Positions 1-8,274 of a stretch of 64,000 nucleotides of DNA are shown piece after piece. The DNA lies in NCBI GenBank assembly GCA_965201155.1, contig OZ241752.1, positions 1,452,761 to 1,516,760 on the forward strand, given 5' to 3'. The stretch's first letter is position 1. The number at the start of each line of letters is the position of its first letter. Position numbers and translations under genes: made by a program. The stretch is from Alphaproteobacteria bacterium. Lineage in GTDB: Bacteria > Pseudomonadota > Alphaproteobacteria > UBA7887. A model generated the notes under the pieces. It was not told the DNA's origin and did no database searches. It saw only the letters and a program-made list of their open reading frames with translations.

Positions 1-605
1 CTGCGATCGTCATCGTTCTTCGGAAACTTGGCGATCGCCAGGCAACCCGCATTGTCGATGACGGCGGATTTGGGGCGCGCGCCGCCGAGGGGTGAGCCTT
101 CGTTCAGCAGGAGCTTCAGGTCTTCGGCGGTTTCGGTGTTCGACTGCACCGCATCGGCGGCATTGACAAGCGCCGGCAGCCGTATCAGGGGAGGCACACG
201 ATAGCAGCCGATATTGTGGTCGAAGGCCTGTTCGCCTTCCCGGCGGTATCTGAGCGCGCCGATCCTGGTCTGGTCGTTGATGGTGAGGAGATAGTCGATC
301 TCGGACAAGGCATGTTGTTCTCCGGCTTTGCGAAAGGCGCGCCGTATCAACTGTCGGCCCCAGCGGTCCGGGGCGGTGTCGCGCAGCGCGCCAGGCACCG
401 CGGACTTGCCGGAGGAGGTGTATGTCTGCCGGTGTTCCAGAGGCAGGTTCGCCGGATCCAGGGCAAATGCATTGGGCCGGTCGCGCCATGAGTCGGCATA
501 TTCGAACACCGAGCTTTGGCCGCGCCGCCCGGCGATGCAACGGCACCGGCCGACGAGACATGTCTGTCCGTGATGGTCGATGAAGACCTCGACGGTGTCG
601 GTCAT
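1..605 (-). CDS. hipA: HipA-family toxin kinase (N-terminal part; runs off the left edge)
   Basis: Manual translation from ATG at 605, which overlaps the TGA of the upstream HTH gene (ATGA): MTDTVEVFIDHHGQ...FEYADSW...FALDP...GALRDTAPDRWGRQLI...DQTRIGALRY...GSPLGGARPKSAV...IAKFP. These are HipA couple and kinase motifs. Not in the ORF track. Confidence 0.88.
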   Translation of the reverse strand, partial: MTDTVEVFIDHHGQTCLVGRCRCIAGRRGQSSVFEYADSWRDRPNAFALDPANLPLEHRQTYTSSGKSAVPGALRDTAPDRWGRQLIRRAFRKAGEQHALSEIDYLLTINDQTRIGALRYRREGEQAFDHNIGCYRVPPLIRLPALVNAADAVQSNTETAEDLKLLLNEGSPLGGARPKSAVIDNAGCLAIAKFPKNDDDR

Positions 606-937
606 GACCGCGGGCGGGCGCGGCGGCGGGGTTGTATTTTCCTGGGCAGCCGGTCCTCGTCGATATCCAGTCCGAGGGTATCGTCGCGCCGGTCGGCCGC
701 CTGGGCGAGACGGTCGGCAAGCCCCAGTATGGCCAGTACGGTTGCATAGATGCCGATGGAAACCGATGGGTCGCCGCGTTCGACCTTGTAGAAGGTGCCG
801 CGGCTGATGAATGCGCGCTCCGCCATGGATACCGTGGAGATGCGGCGTTTCTTGCGGGCGACGGTGATGTCCTCCCCCAGCTTGGAAAGGGCCTGTCTGG
901 CTGCTCTGGGCAGCGCATCCATCGCGCGCGCTTTCAT
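602..937 (-). CDS. XRE-family HTH antitoxin (HipB-like)
   Basis: LGEDITVARKKRRISTVSMAERAFISRGTFYKVERGDPSVSIGIY HTH; translationally coupled to hipA. Confidence 0.85.
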   Translation of the reverse strand: MKARAMDALPRAARQALSKLGEDITVARKKRRISTVSMAERAFISRGTFYKVERGDPSVSIGIYATVLAILGLADRLAQAADRRDDTLGLDIDEDRLPRKIQPRRRARPRS

Positions 938-1232
938 GATATGTCTTGTATTACGATCAATAAAGTCGGGTATTGCCCATTTTATGAGACAAATGGATAG
1001 TCGGTCAATGGATTTACGGGATCGCGGTTCTCTCCGTCGGGGGCCATAGCGAGCGCGTGCGGGTGATTGCGCATTACGGCGCTGTGCGGGCGGAGTCCAA
1101 GGACGCTGCCGGAGCGATATTGAGGGTGTGCCCGGGAAGTCGCGCCGCTCTTACCGTTATGTTCAGGTCAAGTCTATAACATATTGAAAAACATTGAATA
1201 TTTGTGCTATAACAGAGCTTGGGATTTTATGC

Positions 1233-1261
1233 TTGTCAGGTTTTGATTTTCGTGATAGCCT
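1233..1261 (+). promoter_or_regulatory. sigma70-type promoter of lipoprotein 1 (TTGTCA-N17-TAGCCT, TG-extended -10)
   Basis: Same elements and 17-nt spacing at 11871-11899 (TTGCCG-N17-TAGCCT) although the spacer sequence diverges. Confidence 0.65.
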
Positions 1262-1381
1262 AGTGCCAGAACTTCACGGGGCCTCTTCACGGGGCCTCTT
1301 CACGTTATTAAGAGTAGAGGCCCTGTAAGAGGTCTCTCACTGGAGGCTCCCCAACCGAATCATTATGGGGGTCCTCCATCA
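1262..1381 (+). promoter_or_regulatory. Conserved structured 5' leader, copy 1 (13-bp tandem repeat CTTCACGGGGCCT x2.5 plus two hairpins)
   Basis: Repeats at 1272-1304; partial reverse complement GAGGCCCTGTAAGAGG downstream; GGAGGCTCCCCA...TGGGGGTCCTCC stem ending just before the ATG; near-identical copy at 11900-12018. Confidence 0.7.
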
Positions 1382-3538
1382 ATGACATTTCAAAGAAGCT
1401 CCTTCGCGGTCGTGTTGGCCGCACTTGTTGCGGCGGGCTGCAGCAGTGATAGCAGCTCGCCCCCTGCCGCTCCACCTGAACAGCAGCCTGAACCGACGGT
1501 CCATATGCTGCCGCTTCCGGAAGGCGATCTCGGCTCGCTTGCCGCCGGAATGCTGATGCTTGGTGCCGGCGATACCACAACGCGCGGCAATGTCGAGTTT
1601 TCGTGCCCCGCTGGCGGAGACCCGTGCGGCATCGAGGTCATGAACAGTCTCGGCAGCCTGACTGCGACGTCGACCGGCGGAATGGCCACGGCAATGATGG
1701 TTGAAATGCCTGTGGACCCCGAGCCGACGGTTCATATGCTGCCGCTTCCGGAGGGCGATCCTGGCTCGCTTGCCGCTGGAATGCTGACGCTTGGCGCCGG
1801 CGATACGGCAACCCGCGGCAATGTCGAATTTTCATGCCCCGCCGGCGGAGAAGCGTGCGCCATCGAAGTCATGGCGAGCCTCGGCAGCCTGACGGCGACA
1901 TCGACCGGTGGAATGGCCACGGCGATGATAGTCGAGATGCCGGCAGGACCGGTGGTCCATACTGTCACCATGCCGCGCATTGCCGCCACTCAGGTCGCCG
2001 CGATGCTGGGCTCCGGCGACAGCGCAACGCTCCATCTTGCTGCAGGAATGTCGGATATTCAGGGGCCCGTCACATTCATGTGCGCAGCGGGCGGCGAGGA
2101 CTGCACGATCACAGTGGAAAACAAGCTTGGTTCACTCTCCGCCACGTCTTCCGGCGGTATGGCCAGCGCGTCCGCGATGCTGGCGCTTGAAGGCGGCCCA
2201 ATGCTCGACGGCACCATGACGATGGTGTCGCTGATGCCGGGAGAAGAAAAGACGGTGATGAGCGCTGACCCGCATCGCGCCAGTCAGATGTTCAAATGCC
2301 CCGCCACCGGGCCAGCCTGCGAAATCCATCTGATGACCGACGGCGGCATGACGATGGCCTCCTATACCGGCGGCATGCCCTCGGCGATGGCCGAAGGGCC
2401 GATGTATTACGGTTTGAGTTACGGGTCCGGAGGGGCTGGAGTCAAAGCGGCTTCTCTCCTGGATCCTGACAACAGCGACCGGCTCACCGGAAATATCGTC
2501 GGCGTGGGTACAGATATGGTCGCTCCGTCCATGACTGTGACAGTCGGCGGCAAGATGGCGATGGTCATGTTGGGAGACGGCGACGCGTCGATGCTGCTGG
2601 ACCGGATGGGTTCCGCAACCGGTCAAGGCGACGATGGCAGCACATTGGCCGTCGACCTCTATACGGACCTGGCAGACCCCATGTCGAAGAAAATCGGCGA
2701 TGTTGTCGATCTTGGGGAGAACGTCAAATTAGATAGACTTCTCGTAAATGAATCCGACCCTCGCTTGATTCCAGCTTCGCTTATCACTGTCTCTGAGTGG
2801 GGTGAGGGCGATAACGACAAAGTCAAACGCGCTCAAGGAACGTGGTACGGTATCCCCGGAAGCTTCAGTTGCAATGGGGAGTGCGCCAGCGCCATAACTC
2901 GGTTGGCTGGTACCGACAACGTCCTCCTTACCGGCAAAATCCAACTCGGTCTCGGTCCCAAGTACCAGGATACCATGGTGGATGTTGTGAGCGACGATTG
3001 GCTTTCCATGGGTACGTGGCTTGAGACGGATGCTGATGGAAATATGACGGCGGGAGCCTTCTATGCCAGCGGTATGCCCATGATGGATCCTCCCATTAAG
3101 GGGACAGCCACGACAGCCACGTATGCAGGAGACGCGGTAGGCCGATATTGGGGCGACGACGACGGAGTCAGAAAGGCAGGCAAATTTACGGCCGACGCAG
3201 CGCTGAGCGCGACCTTTGCTGCTACTCCAGCGGAGCAGATGGTATCGGGTACCCTGACCGGCTTCGTACTCGACGGGTCCACGAATGCTGATTGGCGTGT
3301 CGCGTTGAACAACGGGGGGGCATCAGTTTCCGGCATGGCCATGGGACATGCCCTGACGGACGGCGAGTGGACACACACGTTTTACCACGGTACGTCAACC
3401 ACAACCCCGAACCTGCTCGCGAACGACCCAACGGCCACGATTTGCACCGACTGCCCCGCTGCAGTTGCCGGTGATTTCGGAGCTAGGCACGGCAACAAGA
3501 TGGTGGATTTGATCGGAGCGTTTGCAGCCCGCAGATAA
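1382..3538 (+). CDS. Met-rich surface lipoprotein with four Cys-pair repeats and C-terminal TbpB-like beta-barrel
   Basis: Lipobox LVAAG-C; repeated FxCxAxGxxCxIxV units; C-terminal ATYAGDAVG...FTADAALSATF...VSGTLTGF...LIGAFAARR typical of the TbpB-like barrel. Confidence 0.75.
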   Translation: MTFQRSSFAVVLAALVAAGCSSDSSSPPAAPPEQQPEPTVHMLPLPEGDLGSLAAGMLMLGAGDTTTRGNVEFSCPAGGDPCGIEVMNSLGSLTATSTGGMATAMMVEMPVDPEPTVHMLPLPEGDPGSLAAGMLTLGAGDTATRGNVEFSCPAGGEACAIEVMASLGSLTATSTGGMATAMIVEMPAGPVVHTVTMPRIAATQVAAMLGSGDSATLHLAAGMSDIQGPVTFMCAAGGEDCTITVENKLGSLSATSSGGMASASAMLALEGGPMLDGTMTMVSLMPGEEKTVMSADPHRASQMFKCPATGPACEIHLMTDGGMTMASYTGGMPSAMAEGPMYYGLSYGSGGAGVKAASLLDPDNSDRLTGNIVGVGTDMVAPSMTVTVGGKMAMVMLGDGDASMLLDRMGSATGQGDDGSTLAVDLYTDLADPMSKKIGDVVDLGENVKLDRLLVNESDPRLIPASLITVSEWGEGDNDKVKRAQGTWYGIPGSFSCNGECASAITRLAGTDNVLLTGKIQLGLGPKYQDTMVDVVSDDWLSMGTWLETDADGNMTAGAFYASGMPMMDPPIKGTATTATYAGDAVGRYWGDDDGVRKAGKFTADAALSATFAATPAEQMVSGTLTGFVLDGSTNADWRVALNNGGASVSGMAMGHALTDGEWTHTFYHGTSTTTPNLLANDPTATICTDCPAAVAGDFGARHGNKMVDLIGAFAARR
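1490..1940 (+). repeat. Intragenic tandem duplication with 231-bp (77-aa) period in lipoprotein 1
   Basis: GAACCGACGGTCCATATGCTGCCGCTTCCGG at 1490 recurs as GAGCCGACGGTTCATATGCTGCCGCTTCCGG at 1721; protein units nearly identical. Confidence 0.92.
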
Positions 3539-3551
3539 CGCCCGGTCGAGG

Positions 3552-3625
3552 TGTTTTGCGTCCCCAGTTGAGCCCGTCTGTCGGACGCAAAGAGGAAGGG
3601 CGGCGCTTGCCGTCGCCCTTCCTTT
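3552..3625 (+). terminator. Double-hairpin 3' element: TTTGCGTCC/GGACGCAAA stem followed by intrinsic terminator
   Basis: GGAAGGGCGGCG-CTTGC-CGTCGCCCTTCC-TTT; paralogous copy at 13933-14007. Confidence 0.8.
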
Positions 3626-3901
3626 CTGAATTTAACGGGGATGACCGGACAGTTTCCGGCAGGCAGGCTGATCCGAAAAACGGGTCGTCAAAATCAGGCG
3701 GTTTTGTAAGGCTCCCTTGCACTGCAAATCCACCAAATTGCAGCCCGATCACTCACCAAGCCTTTGTTTTTATGCACCTTTCCATAAAACAAACAGGGAA
3801 AAACAACAAAATCTGCAGAAGGTGAGTCAAACCTTGGCATGGAAGTGGCGATCCGCCTCGACGGCCGTGACGTTCAGGACATCGGACGTGGGCATACCCG
3901 A

Positions 3902-4216
3902 TCAAGTGTTTTGCGTGCCGCCGGGTATCGCTCCGAGCCGAATAAGCTCGTCTTCGTACTCCTCCTGTCCGACGGTACAGCGTACAAGCCCCTCGAACAT
4001 CGCTCTGTTGACCCTGCACTGTTTGGCCATACGGCTCACCAGGTTATCCCCGATATCCTTCCCCGTGCGTCCGTGCGACGTCACGGTGAAGATGTCGGTT
4101 TTCGCGCCGTTTAGTCGAACGTAGAGAAATCGCACATGGCGGCCGCTGGCATCCTTGAGAAATCCCTTCTTCTTGAGGGAGTCCTCGACCTTCCGACGCT
4201 GAAGCGTCACCCGCAC
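3902..4216 (-). CDS. HicA-like mRNase toxin
   Basis: LKKKGF...GRHVRFLY...TVTSHG...DIGDNLVSRMAKQC pattern of HicA/YcfA-like proteins. Confidence 0.65.
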   Translation of the reverse strand: MRVTLQRRKVEDSLKKKGFLKDASGRHVRFLYVRLNGAKTDIFTVTSHGRTGKDIGDNLVSRMAKQCRVNRAMFEGLVRCTVGQEEYEDELIRLGAIPGGTQNT

Positions 4217-4725
4217 TCTCTCCGTCGAAGGTCAGCCTTCAGCTCTCTGGCCCTTCGGGACAGCCGAGTGTCGTCTTTCAATGCGTATTGCCGCCACAGG
4301 AACGGAAGGACATCGGTTTTCAGCTCGTCGATGGCGCTCCGCACGTCGGTCGCGTAAACGAAGACGCTTGCGTAGAGACCCTCTCCGAACACTTCCCAGG
4401 CGCCCTCCCGATCATTGCGGACTACGGAAAACTCCAGAGGAGGGTCGAGACGAACCACCTCGCCGTTGAACGGGAACTCGTCGAACGGGATCGGACCCAC
4501 AATGCAGACGATCTGTTCGTTCTCATCGCCCAAAGCCTGCGCTGCATATGGCGGATGGTGAACGACTGCGTCGCATCCGCTGGGGGTCTGGTGCGACGGT
4601 GCCATACCCGAAGCCGGCGCTGTGCTTCCGTCCGGAATAAAAGAGAGTCCATTGGTGGCGCCGCTCATGCCACCGCCCACACTGAGGACTGTGAGGGGCC
4701 GTGCGCACTGTCGGAGCGATCGCAT
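4207..4725 (-). CDS. Putative HicB-like antitoxin (start uncertain)
   Basis: C-terminal VFVYATDVRSAIDELKTDVLPFLWRQYALKDDTRLSRRARELK resembles HicB-like partners; overlaps the HicA-like gene. Confidence 0.5.
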   Translation of the reverse strand: MRSLRQCARPLTVLSVGGGMSGATNGLSFIPDGSTAPASGMAPSHQTPSGCDAVVHHPPYAAQALGDENEQIVCIVGPIPFDEFPFNGEVVRLDPPLEFSVVRNDREGAWEVFGEGLYASVFVYATDVRSAIDELKTDVLPFLWRQYALKDDTRLSRRARELKADLRRRECG

Positions 4726-4727
4726 TG

Positions 4728-4988
4728 TCAGGCGGCGCCGTCTTCTACCGGCGTCGGCCCGCTCACGACGCTGACCGCGTTCGAGCTCTGGAGCAGATAC
4801 ATCGGGTAGCCGAGATTATCCCTGAGATTACTGAGCTTGATGACACCCGTTGCGACCAGCTTGGTCCTCAGGACACTACCGTCCGAAAGGTGCAGTTCGT
4901 TGAAATGCTCGTCTGCTCTGACAATGTCGAGCACAACGCCCTCTTCCTCCCGGCCGTTGAAAGTGATCTTGGTCGGTATGCCGGCCAT
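4728..4988 (-). CDS. Small beta-rich hypothetical protein, first gene of the three-gene operon
   Basis: ATG at 4988 with GGAG RBS; MAGIPTKITFNG...EHFNELHLSDGSVLRTKLVATGV...GYPMYLLQSSNAVSV. Confidence 0.6.
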   Translation of the reverse strand: MAGIPTKITFNGREEEGVVLDIVRADEHFNELHLSDGSVLRTKLVATGVIKLSNLRDNLGYPMYLLQSSNAVSVVSGPTPVEDGAA

Positions 4989-5112
4989 GATGCGTCTCCT
5001 CTCGATCCTTGGCGCGCCGGTGGGCAAACGGACCGTTCGCCCGCACGGTATTCGAATCGCAACAAATGGGCCATCAGACAAATTTTGTCAATTTTCTCCT
5101 GTGATACCTTAA

Positions 5113-5845
5113 GGAAGGTCTGAACAAATGTGGTTTTGGCGGGTATTCGTGTTGTCTGGCTGGTCTGCGAGCCGCCGGGGCCCGTCGTCGGGGCGAAAAC
5201 TTGTCGTGTCGCAATGAGACAGGGGTGTAAAGGTCGGCTCAACGGCTGACGCGACCGTCTTCCCGCCGGCGTCGCGGCGGCTGCGCACGGATCGATCCCG
5301 TGTCACGCAGCGTAGCGCCCGGCGATCAGCAGATTGGACAGGCTCGCATCCACGATCGTCCCCGTCTTCAACCGGTGCCCCAGCGACGCCAGATGCGCGT
5401 TGATCTCATCGAACAGCGCCTCGCCCAGGCCGTGCCTCTCCAGCAGATGGCGGAAGTTCAGGATCGTCGTCTCGTCGGGCAGCGGACCTGACAGCCGCAG
5501 CCCGACAAAGCGCCGCATCGACTCCACCTCGTAAAGCAGGCCCTCCATCGCCGGATCGCTCAGGTTGTAGAACACCTGCACGCAGTGCACCCGCAGCATT
5601 GCCGCCAACGGATACGGCCGGCGCCCGCGCCCCGCCTTGGGGTAGAACGGCTCGATGCGCGCCTCCAGCCGTTCCCACGGGATCAGACCGTCCATCTTCT
5701 CCAGAAACACCTCGCGCCGTGTCCGGCGCTTCTTCGAAGCGTGCTCAAGCTCGGCAAAGGTCAACTGTTCCATCACTCACCCCACACCACCTGAACGATC
5801 TCACCCACCATAACTGAATCGACCGTCGACTTGTTCAGACCTTCC
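5113..5845 (-). mobile_element. Internally deleted IS5-family element (733 bp) with perfect 15-bp terminal inverted repeats
   Basis: GGAAGGTCTGAACAA at 5113-5127 and TTGTTCAGACCTTCC at 5831-5845; TTAA on the left flank only. Confidence 0.88.
5303..5776 (-). pseudogene. IS5 transposase with in-frame internal deletion
   Basis: IS5 N-terminus (TRREVFLEKM, GRRPYPLAAMLRVH, PDETTILNFRHLLE, GTIVDAS) joined directly to a C-terminal-like LSNLLIAGRYAA; most of the DDE core is missing. Confidence 0.85.
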
Positions 5846-6198
5846 CGGGAGCTGCTGGACGGCCTCGCCGAGAAAGCGTCCGGAGAACGGGTATTTCCGA
5901 GCGACAAGGAAGACGGCCGTTGAGATCGCATGACCTTTGGAAATTCTGGATCAAGGTGCGTGGCGCGGCGGGGATCGTGGCGGATGCGCGGCTGCATGAT
6001 CTTCGTCATGCGCACGCTTCGCACGCGGTGATGAACGGCGAAAGCCTGCATGTCGCGGGCCGTTTGCTCGGGCACCGGCGGGCGTCCACGACGAACCGAT
6101 ACGTCCATCTCGACGACGCGACCCTGAGCCAAGCCAGCGAGCGGGGAGCGGTGGCCGTGGAGCGGAAGCTGCGGCAAGGTGGGGTTGGCAACGGCTGA
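5846..6198 (+). pseudogene. Tyrosine integrase C-terminal fragment
   Basis: RLHDLRHAHAS...LLGHRRASTTNRYVH catalytic motifs; N-terminus removed at the IS end; frameshift near 5920. Confidence 0.85.
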
Positions 6199-6268
6199 GC
6201 GGGGTCGCGGTCCGCACGACGGCGAAAGCGGATTGAACGGCCCGGTGCTGGCGTGTAGAGTCGGCGGC

Positions 6269-6475
6269 ATGAGCGAACACAGGAAAAAGCACGCGCCGCC
6301 ACCCGACATACCGGGATTCCCGAAGGACTGGCGCGATCAGATCAAGGCCGACCTGGCGGCCCAGGTCGAGGCCGGCGGCACGCTGTACGGCGTCCGTTCG
6401 GACGGTGCCTATATCGCACGGACGAAGAACGGGGATCGGGTGATTGAGGAGCCCGGTGAGCGGAAGTCAGCCTGA
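6269..6475 (+). CDS. Small hypothetical protein, probable partner (antitoxin) of the zeta-like ATPase
   Basis: 68-aa ORF directly upstream of the zeta-like gene; role inferred from position. Confidence 0.5.
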   Translation: MSEHRKKHAPPPDIPGFPKDWRDQIKADLAAQVEAGGTLYGVRSDGAYIARTKNGDRVIEEPGERKSA

Positions 6476-6496
6476 CCCCGGCCGGCATCCGCTGCT

Positions 6497-6925
6497 GTGC
6501 CGGCTCTCTTGGTCGTTGCCGGCCCGAATGGGTGCGGCAAGTCGACCCTGACCCGTATGAGCGGGTTCAGGGGGCTCGAAATCATCGACCCCGACGCCAT
6601 TGCGCGCAACATCACGTCTGGCGACCCTCTACAGGCGGGGCGCGAGGCGCTGCGCCGGCGGCGGGATGCGCTTACCGACGGCCGGTTGCATCTGGTGGAG
6701 ACCACGCTTGCCGGTTCCGGCATTCTCCGCCACATGACGGCGGTGCGGCGGGAAGGCTACCGGATCATCCTGCACTATGTGTCGGTCGCCTCGCCGGACC
6801 GGGCACTCGACCGCATCCGCAACCGGGTGGCGCTCGGTGGCCACGACGTCCCGGAATCCGACGCCAGACGGCGGTTCGTGCGGTCGCACGCCAATCTGCC
6901 GGCGGCGATGGCGCGGGCGGAGTTT
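6497..6925 (+). pseudogene. Zeta-toxin-like P-loop ATPase, 3'-truncated
   Basis: VAGPNGCGKST Walker A, IDPDAIA, ETTLAG, RVALGGHDVP; family-like sequence stops near 6920 where GC drops; the ORF reads on to 7234 antisense to the next gene. Confidence 0.75.
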
Positions 6926-6948
6926 AGCCGTTTTTTGTCTTGCGGCCC

Positions 6949-8274
6949 TCAGTCCACACCAAAAAATGAACATGGCATATCGGGACACAAAAAGGTCATG
7001 GGATTGGACGGCCCAATTACGTATTCGGGCCATTCGTCGGCCACCCGGTCAGCCTGTATCCTTTCTCGCTCTATCGGATCAATGCCGGACTGCAAGTCAG
7101 ACTGGAAATGTCCACGCACGTGTTCTGGGCGCAAAGCATTTTGTGCTGCTTGTATCAAGCTTTCAATGATTTCAATAAGGGCAGTTTTCGCCAAGATAGC
7201 AGGTAATGTAACACGGACCGAGGAGGGAGCATAGCCCAAACACACATGGCAGACGTGTGGGTGAGTGGGTTGTGTGGAAGAAAGGAATTGAGAGTGCTCT
7301 ATTCTTTCATCTCTCCTTGGAAAAATAGTAACGGAGTAAAGGTATCCGTACTCACCGGCTATCTGATCAGGAGGTCTGGATTCCAACCACTCTCGACGCA
7401 GTATGTCGATTTTCACGGAAAGCGGTTGATGCGAGTCAGCGACCCCAACTCTGGCCCAAATGCTCTCACCAACCTCTGTCCACGGGAACGGGTCGAGATA
7501 CAGAAACGCCTTTAGAACTTCATCTTCGGGTGGAGGGCGGAAAAAGTCGTCCGAATTATAAGATGAGCAAAAGGTCCAGAATCCTTTGTCTACATCCTTG
7601 AGCAGTTGTTCAACTCGATCCAGGTCGTTCTCATGACCGGACCTAAAATGTGCAATCCTGTGCCGAATCTGACTGATTTCAAGGAGCTTGGCGTCCCAAA
7701 TCGGCTGTGGCGGAAGGTATGGCTGGAACAATTTCCAGTTGGACGAAACAGTTTTGAGGAGATCATTCAATTGCATAAAGCTAGTTTGCAATTGGTCACT
7801 CGTAGACATGTGGGAAAGTTTCTTGTCATTCTCTAAAGGCCGGTAATTAGATAGCTTAAGATATTGATGCCATGCGTCACCGTGACGGCTCCGGAGCTCC
7901 ACATATACCATTATTCTAAGCCAAGTCTCAAATTGCCAAAGCCTTGAGTAGGTGGAAAAGCGTTCGGTGGGAAGTCTTTCTGCTGCCTCGGCCAAAGGGC
8001 CGGGCTCAAGGTGCTTACGCAACGCGCGGTTGATTTCGGTTTGATATCCCCGGCCGCCCGGCACCTTGTTCTTGAACCAAGTCAGCACATCCGCGTCCAA
8101 GCGCAATGTGATCTGCTTCTTGATCGGACGATAAAATTGGCCACGCCGCGCGTCTCCCCAATTCACAATCTCGGGGATGTCTCTCGTATCGATCCGATCA
8201 TCGGGGAGAGATGCGAGTTCGGCGAGGTCTGCTTTCTGGGCCTTGGTCAGTGACCTGGAAGTCGCCCTCTTCAT
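6949..8274 (-). CDS. BrnA antitoxin fused to Swt1-like HEPN domain protein
   Basis: BrnA motif IDTRDIPE...FYRPIKKQITLRLDADVLTWFK...GYQTEINRALR runs in frame into YSRLWQFETWLR...IRHRIAHFR (HEPN RxxxxH); ATG at 8274 preceded by GAGGAG. Confidence 0.72.
   Translation of the reverse strand: MKRATSRSLTKAQKADLAELASLPDDRIDTRDIPEIVNWGDARRGQFYRPIKKQITLRLDADVLTWFKNKVPGGRGYQTEINRALRKHLEPGPLAEAAERLPTERFSTYSRLWQFETWLRIMVYVELRSRHGDAWHQYLKLSNYRPLENDKKLSHMSTSDQLQTSFMQLNDLLKTVSSNWKLFQPYLPPQPIWDAKLLEISQIRHRIAHFRSGHENDLDRVEQLLKDVDKGFWTFCSSYNSDDFFRPPPEDEVLKAFLYLDPFPWTEVGESIWARVGVADSHQPLSVKIDILRREWLESRPPDQIAGEYGYLYSVTIFPRRDERIEHSQFLSSTQPTHPHVCHVCLGYAPSSVRVTLPAILAKTALIEIIESLIQAAQNALRPEHVRGHFQSDLQSGIDPIERERIQADRVADEWPEYVIGPSNPMTFLCPDMPCSFFGVD

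Noticed and set aside
10-918. 302-aa minus-strand ORF in the track
   Set aside because: Wrong frame; the real genes are the HTH (602-937) and hipA starting at 605 in another frame.
1272-1304. 13-bp repeats as a possible CRISPR array or iterons
   Set aside because: No spacers and no cas or rep gene; the repeats are directly tandem and lie within a predicted transcript leader.
3640-3680. Weak similarity CCGGACAG...CAGGC(T/A)GATCC with 14145-14163
   Set aside because: Too short and gapped to separate from chance.
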